Virus record (IMG/VR): IMGVR_UViG_2778261591_000009
DNA from: a virus
Lineage: Duplodnaviria; Heunggongvirae; Uroviricota; Caudoviricetes
Length of the DNA stretch: 8,345 nt
Direction: 5' to 3' (one strand)
Part shown: one piece after another, positions 5,656-8,345 of the stretch
Layout of the letters: the number at the start of each line of letters is the position of its first letter
Numbering within the stretch: position 1 is the stretch's first letter
The notes under the pieces: model-generated
What the model saw: the letters and a program-made list of their open reading frames with translations, nothing else
The model's database searches: none
Told to the model about the DNA's origin: nothing
Made by a program: the position numbers and the translations under genes

Positions 5656-7124
5656 TCCACCGTAAATTGAATGCCTGATTTTGAGGTATATGATCCGGAT
5701 TGACTCTGCTGCTGTTGGGTATTTGTCGGTTGTTGGCTATTGCTCTGTTGTTGACTATTTGCAGCACTTGAAACCACCAAAGCATCATAAACGCGACCAG
5801 ACTGACCACGTAATGAGTTATATTGGCCCTGCATTTTTCGCATTTTTGTTTCAGTAGCAGCCTTGGAATCACCGGGCTGAGGCAGGTACATTTTGGAATA
5901 CTCCTGCATCTCTGGCAGAGTAATTGCTGCACCTGTTTCTGGGCGCAAAATTGCATACAAGGCGTCTCTCGCATTTACCATATATTGCTGCTCCGCTGGT
6001 GATAGGCTTAAATTTGCAATAGTCCCATCACCAAGAGAGCGATTTATTAATGCAACTCGCTTAGGGTCAATGCTTTTACTAAGCTGATTCATTGAGTCCA
6101 TTGAATCTTTTAATCGCAAAGCAAATCCCGCCGCCTTCTTGGAACCCTCATTAGCCTTATCTATGATGCTTTGCGCTTGTGGCAAGCTAATTGGTTTAAT
6201 GCCATCACCAGATATAGGTTGGTTTAGTTTTCCGGCTTCCTCGCTGCCATCGGTGTAATACTTAGTTACCGAGCCATCAGGATTGGTTTCAACCTTAAGT
6301 AATTTCTTAGCATTGGGATTAATTCCCGCCGCTGCCGCAAATGCCGCTGCACCATCTGGATCTACCTTTAACATTTGCGCGTACTGATTGTAATTCTGCA
6401 TTGCGGCTGTTGGTGCATATGCTGACGTTAACGCATTTGCTCGGCTAATATCCTGCCCTCTCGCCTGAAGTGCTTCACCAGCCTGATTGCTGCGGATTGT
6501 CTCTGCCAGTCTGCCTCGGTCAATCTCACGACCCGCCATCTTGTCCTGAACATTGAAGTAATCAATCGGACCAAGCGCGGCCATTCCAAGATGATCAACA
6601 AACTCACCAAATCCTGAAGGGTTCTGCTGATACATCTGAGCAACGTTGTTAGGGTCAACACCGACGCGAGTCAGTTCCTTGGCGTTGTTTTGCAGCCATG
6701 ATTGCATTGCTTCTGGAGACGAGGCTGCAAGGCGTGCGCCAGCCGCTAAGGTGCCGATAGAATTGCGCTGGTCTTCGTCTGCCCACTTCATACCAGACTG
6801 AATCTTCTCTAATTGACCAGGATATTTGGTCATCAGATCTCGCACCTGCTGTCGATCACCTGACTGGATGGCTGCCGCATATTCTTTTTGGAATGCAGCA
6901 TCCACTTCCTGTTGCTTTGCGGCTTGATATGTTTGAGCGACACTACCAAGCCCCTGCAACGCCTGAAGGCCGATGTTATTGCGACCTGAGCGCTCCATTT
7001 CGTTGTTCTGGCGAATATAGGCCAACGCCTCACTTACATCACTTGCCTTTGGCGCATTTGAGTTTTGCCCACCGATACCAGCAAGAAAGCCGCCTGAGTT
7101 GATTCCTTGTTGCCAAGTAGCCAT
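5652..7124 (-). CDS. Ejection (DNA-transfer) protein, P22 gp20-like, 490 aa
   Basis: Minus-strand ORF with ATG 7122-7124 and GGTGG 5-6 nt upstream; the stop at 5652-5654 overlaps the next start. It is the middle member of the 7-20-16 block by order and size. The C-terminus is Gln/Ser-rich ([21 protein letters not shown]). Confidence 0.8.
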   Translation of the reverse strand: MATWQQGINSGGFLAGIGGQNSNAPKASDVSEALAYIRQNNEMERSGRNNIGLQALQGLGSVAQTYQAAKQQEVDAAFQKEYAAAIQSGDRQQVRDLMTKYPGQLEKIQSGMKWADEDQRNSIGTLAAGARLAASSPEAMQSWLQNNAKELTRVGVDPNNVAQMYQQNPSGFGEFVDHLGMAALGPIDYFNVQDKMAGREIDRGRLAETIRSNQAGEALQARGQDISRANALTSAYAPTAAMQNYNQYAQMLKVDPDGAAAFAAAAGINPNAKKLLKVETNPDGSVTKYYTDGSEEAGKLNQPISGDGIKPISLPQAQSIIDKANEGSKKAAGFALRLKDSMDSMNQLSKSIDPKRVALINRSLGDGTIANLSLSPAEQQYMVNARDALYAILRPETGAAITLPEMQEYSKMYLPQPGDSKAATETKMRKMQGQYNSLRGQSGRVYDALVVSSAANSQQQSNSQQPTNTQQQQSQSGSYTSKSGIQFTVE

Positions 7125-7133
7125 ATTCCCACC

Positions 7134-7808
7134 TTAAAACAATGATCCAAGACCACCGATAATGCCGCCACCAATAGCGCCAACAGCCGTACCTATTCCT
7201 GGCACCACAGAGCCAATCATCGCCCCTGATGCCGCACCGCTCATGGCACCTCCCAAGGCTGATTGCAGTCCTGATGGTCGGTTAGCATTCGCCGCAGATG
7301 CTGCCGCCTGCTGTTGATACAGTTGGCTGACGTTGTTAGCGTAGTTCTGTCCGGCATTTGCCTGACCTGTAAGAGCACCAAGGCCGATATTTGCCAGATT
7401 GTTGTAGTTGTTCATCTGACCTGACAGCCAGTTTTGACCGAGTGTAGGTGCGATTGCTGCTAACTGGTTTCCTGTTGCTGTAGAGCCTAATCCACCCGTT
7501 GCCTCTGCTGCTGCCAGACTCTGGTAACGCGCCTGACCTGCAAGGTCTTTATACTGCTGAGAGTTGTAATACTGGTTAAGCGCCTGACCTTGCCCCTGAA
7601 GAGAGGAAAGATTCTGCAACTCTGATACGTACTGTTGAGCGAGTGGCGTGAACGGTGCGAGGTTTTGCATGTTCGTTTGCCACATTTCACGCTGCAATTC
7701 GATACCCTTTTCAGTTGCGCGTGCCTGGGCTTTTGAACCGCCATCACTGCCGCCTTTGCAGTAAACAGCTTTGCTGAGGTGCTTATTGGCAATCTGGAAA
7801 ATTAACAT
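7134..7808 (-). CDS. Ejection (DNA-transfer) protein, P22 gp7-like, 224 aa
   Basis: Minus-strand ORF with ATG 7806-7808 and GAGGAG 7 nt upstream. It has a glycine-rich hydrophobic C-terminus (GAMSGAASGAMIGSVVPGIGTAVGAIGGGIIGGLGSLF). It is the first of the three ejection genes by order and size. Confidence 0.8.
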   Translation of the reverse strand: MLIFQIANKHLSKAVYCKGGSDGGSKAQARATEKGIELQREMWQTNMQNLAPFTPLAQQYVSELQNLSSLQGQGQALNQYYNSQQYKDLAGQARYQSLAAAEATGGLGSTATGNQLAAIAPTLGQNWLSGQMNNYNNLANIGLGALTGQANAGQNYANNVSQLYQQQAAASAANANRPSGLQSALGGAMSGAASGAMIGSVVPGIGTAVGAIGGGIIGGLGSLF

Positions 7809-8262
7809 TCTTTAGCTCCTCGTATTTTGAGCGCGGTAACTGATAAATCGTGATGCCTACAGGCTTTCCATTGCTGGTATAAGCATCATCAAGGTGACCA
7901 ACACGGGTAGCGCCAAGCAAACGGATAATTGACCGTCCGTATTTCGTGGTGTCAGGAACCATGGTAATGCTGTTAAGGAATGGTGAGTTTTCGAGAAGCC
8001 ATTTGCAGAATAATCGATGCCCTTGCAGTGCATATTCGCCACGGAATCCGGGGTCGTACACCGCATGGCATTCAACAACGCTATGCCAGAAGTTACGCAC
8101 TTCATGCACTCCGACCAGCATCAGTCCTTCGTAGATGCCGAGGTATACCGCATCAGGCTTGATGTAGTATTTGTCTCCACTGTCTACGATATTCCCCGTG
8201 TTTGCCGGGTTGTTGAGGAATTCTGCAAGCTTCACCGGATTATCGATGAGCTTTATTTCCAT
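7783..8262 (-). CDS. Late protein at the gp14 position, 159 aa
   Basis: Track ORF 7783..8265 begins at a GTG; I place the start at the adjacent ATG 8260-8262, which has GGAG 5 nt upstream and overlaps the upstream TGA stop (TGATG). The 3' end overlaps the gp7-like start by 26 nt. Identity is by synteny only (P22 order 26-14-7-20-16). Confidence 0.7.
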   Translation of the reverse strand: MEIKLIDNPVKLAEFLNNPANTGNIVDSGDKYYIKPDAVYLGIYEGLMLVGVHEVRNFWHSVVECHAVYDPGFRGEYALQGHRLFCKWLLENSPFLNSITMVPDTTKYGRSIIRLLGATRVGHLDDAYTSNGKPVGITIYQLPRSKYEELKNVNFPDCQ

Positions 8263-8345
8263 CACTGCTCCGCAATGATTTTGATGGTTGTGGCAGTAAA
8301 TGCCGCACCATTAGACTGAATGGTTAACGTGCTGCCATTTGTGGC
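8262..8345 (-). CDS. C-terminal end of an upstream late gene (tail-needle gp26 position by synteny); 5' part lies beyond the window
   Basis: Open minus-strand frame entering from the right edge, reading ...ATNGSTLTIQSNGAAFTATTIKIIAEQ and ending at TGA 8262-8264, which overlaps the next start codon. It is absent from the ORF track because it is truncated by the window. The functional call is positional only. Confidence 0.5.
   Translation of the reverse strand, partial: ATNGSTLTIQSNGAAFTATTIKIIAEQ

Noticed and set aside
3963-8319. Nested ORFs inside the late genes (3963..4148, 4688..4891, 5287..5499, 5630..5974, 5893..6087, 6428..6661, 6833..7033, 6893..7102, 7487..7792, 7857..8105, 7946..8134, 7980..8162, 8017..8319)
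   Set aside because: All lie within or antisense to the long, tightly coupled minus-strand late genes and have low-complexity or Cys/Arg/His-rich translations typical of out-of-frame reads of GC-richer coding DNA.
1-8345. Search for tRNA, rRNA, CRISPR repeats, integrase or attachment sites
   Set aside because: No cloverleaf-like conserved tRNA stretches, no regularly spaced direct repeats, and no recombinase-like ORF were seen; the window is entirely late-operon and immI-type phage sequence.

Overview
This window reads as part of a P22-like temperate podovirus genome or prophage, with the phage late operon on the minus strand. From high to low coordinates it contains: the last codons of an upstream late gene (tail-needle position), a gp14-like gene, three ejection/DNA-transfer genes (gp7-, gp20-, gp16-like), and then an immI-type secondary immunity region followed by the start of the tailspike gene. 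The immI region is more elaborate than the P22 layout I know. It has (i) an AT-rich plus-strand unit of an Mnt-like ribbon-helix-helix repressor plus a 212-aa polytopic membrane protein at the sieA position; (ii) a divergent minus-strand operon of arc, a Bro-N antirepressor, a second antirepressor-like gene and a coupled 73-aa ORF, closed by a strong intrinsic terminator; and (iii) a second, orphan Mnt-like gene between that terminator and the tailspike start. The most interesting signal is two near-identical antisense units on the plus strand, each with an extended -10 (TTTGCTACAnT) in the first codons of an antirepressor gene and an intrinsic terminator about 75 nt downstream, resembling duplicated P22 sar RNAs. 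A palindromic operator sits at overlapping divergent promoters between arc and mnt. No tRNA, rRNA, CRISPR, integrase or att site was seen. All protein family calls come from reading the translations and from gene order; no database search was run, and promoter and RNA calls are sequence-based hypotheses.
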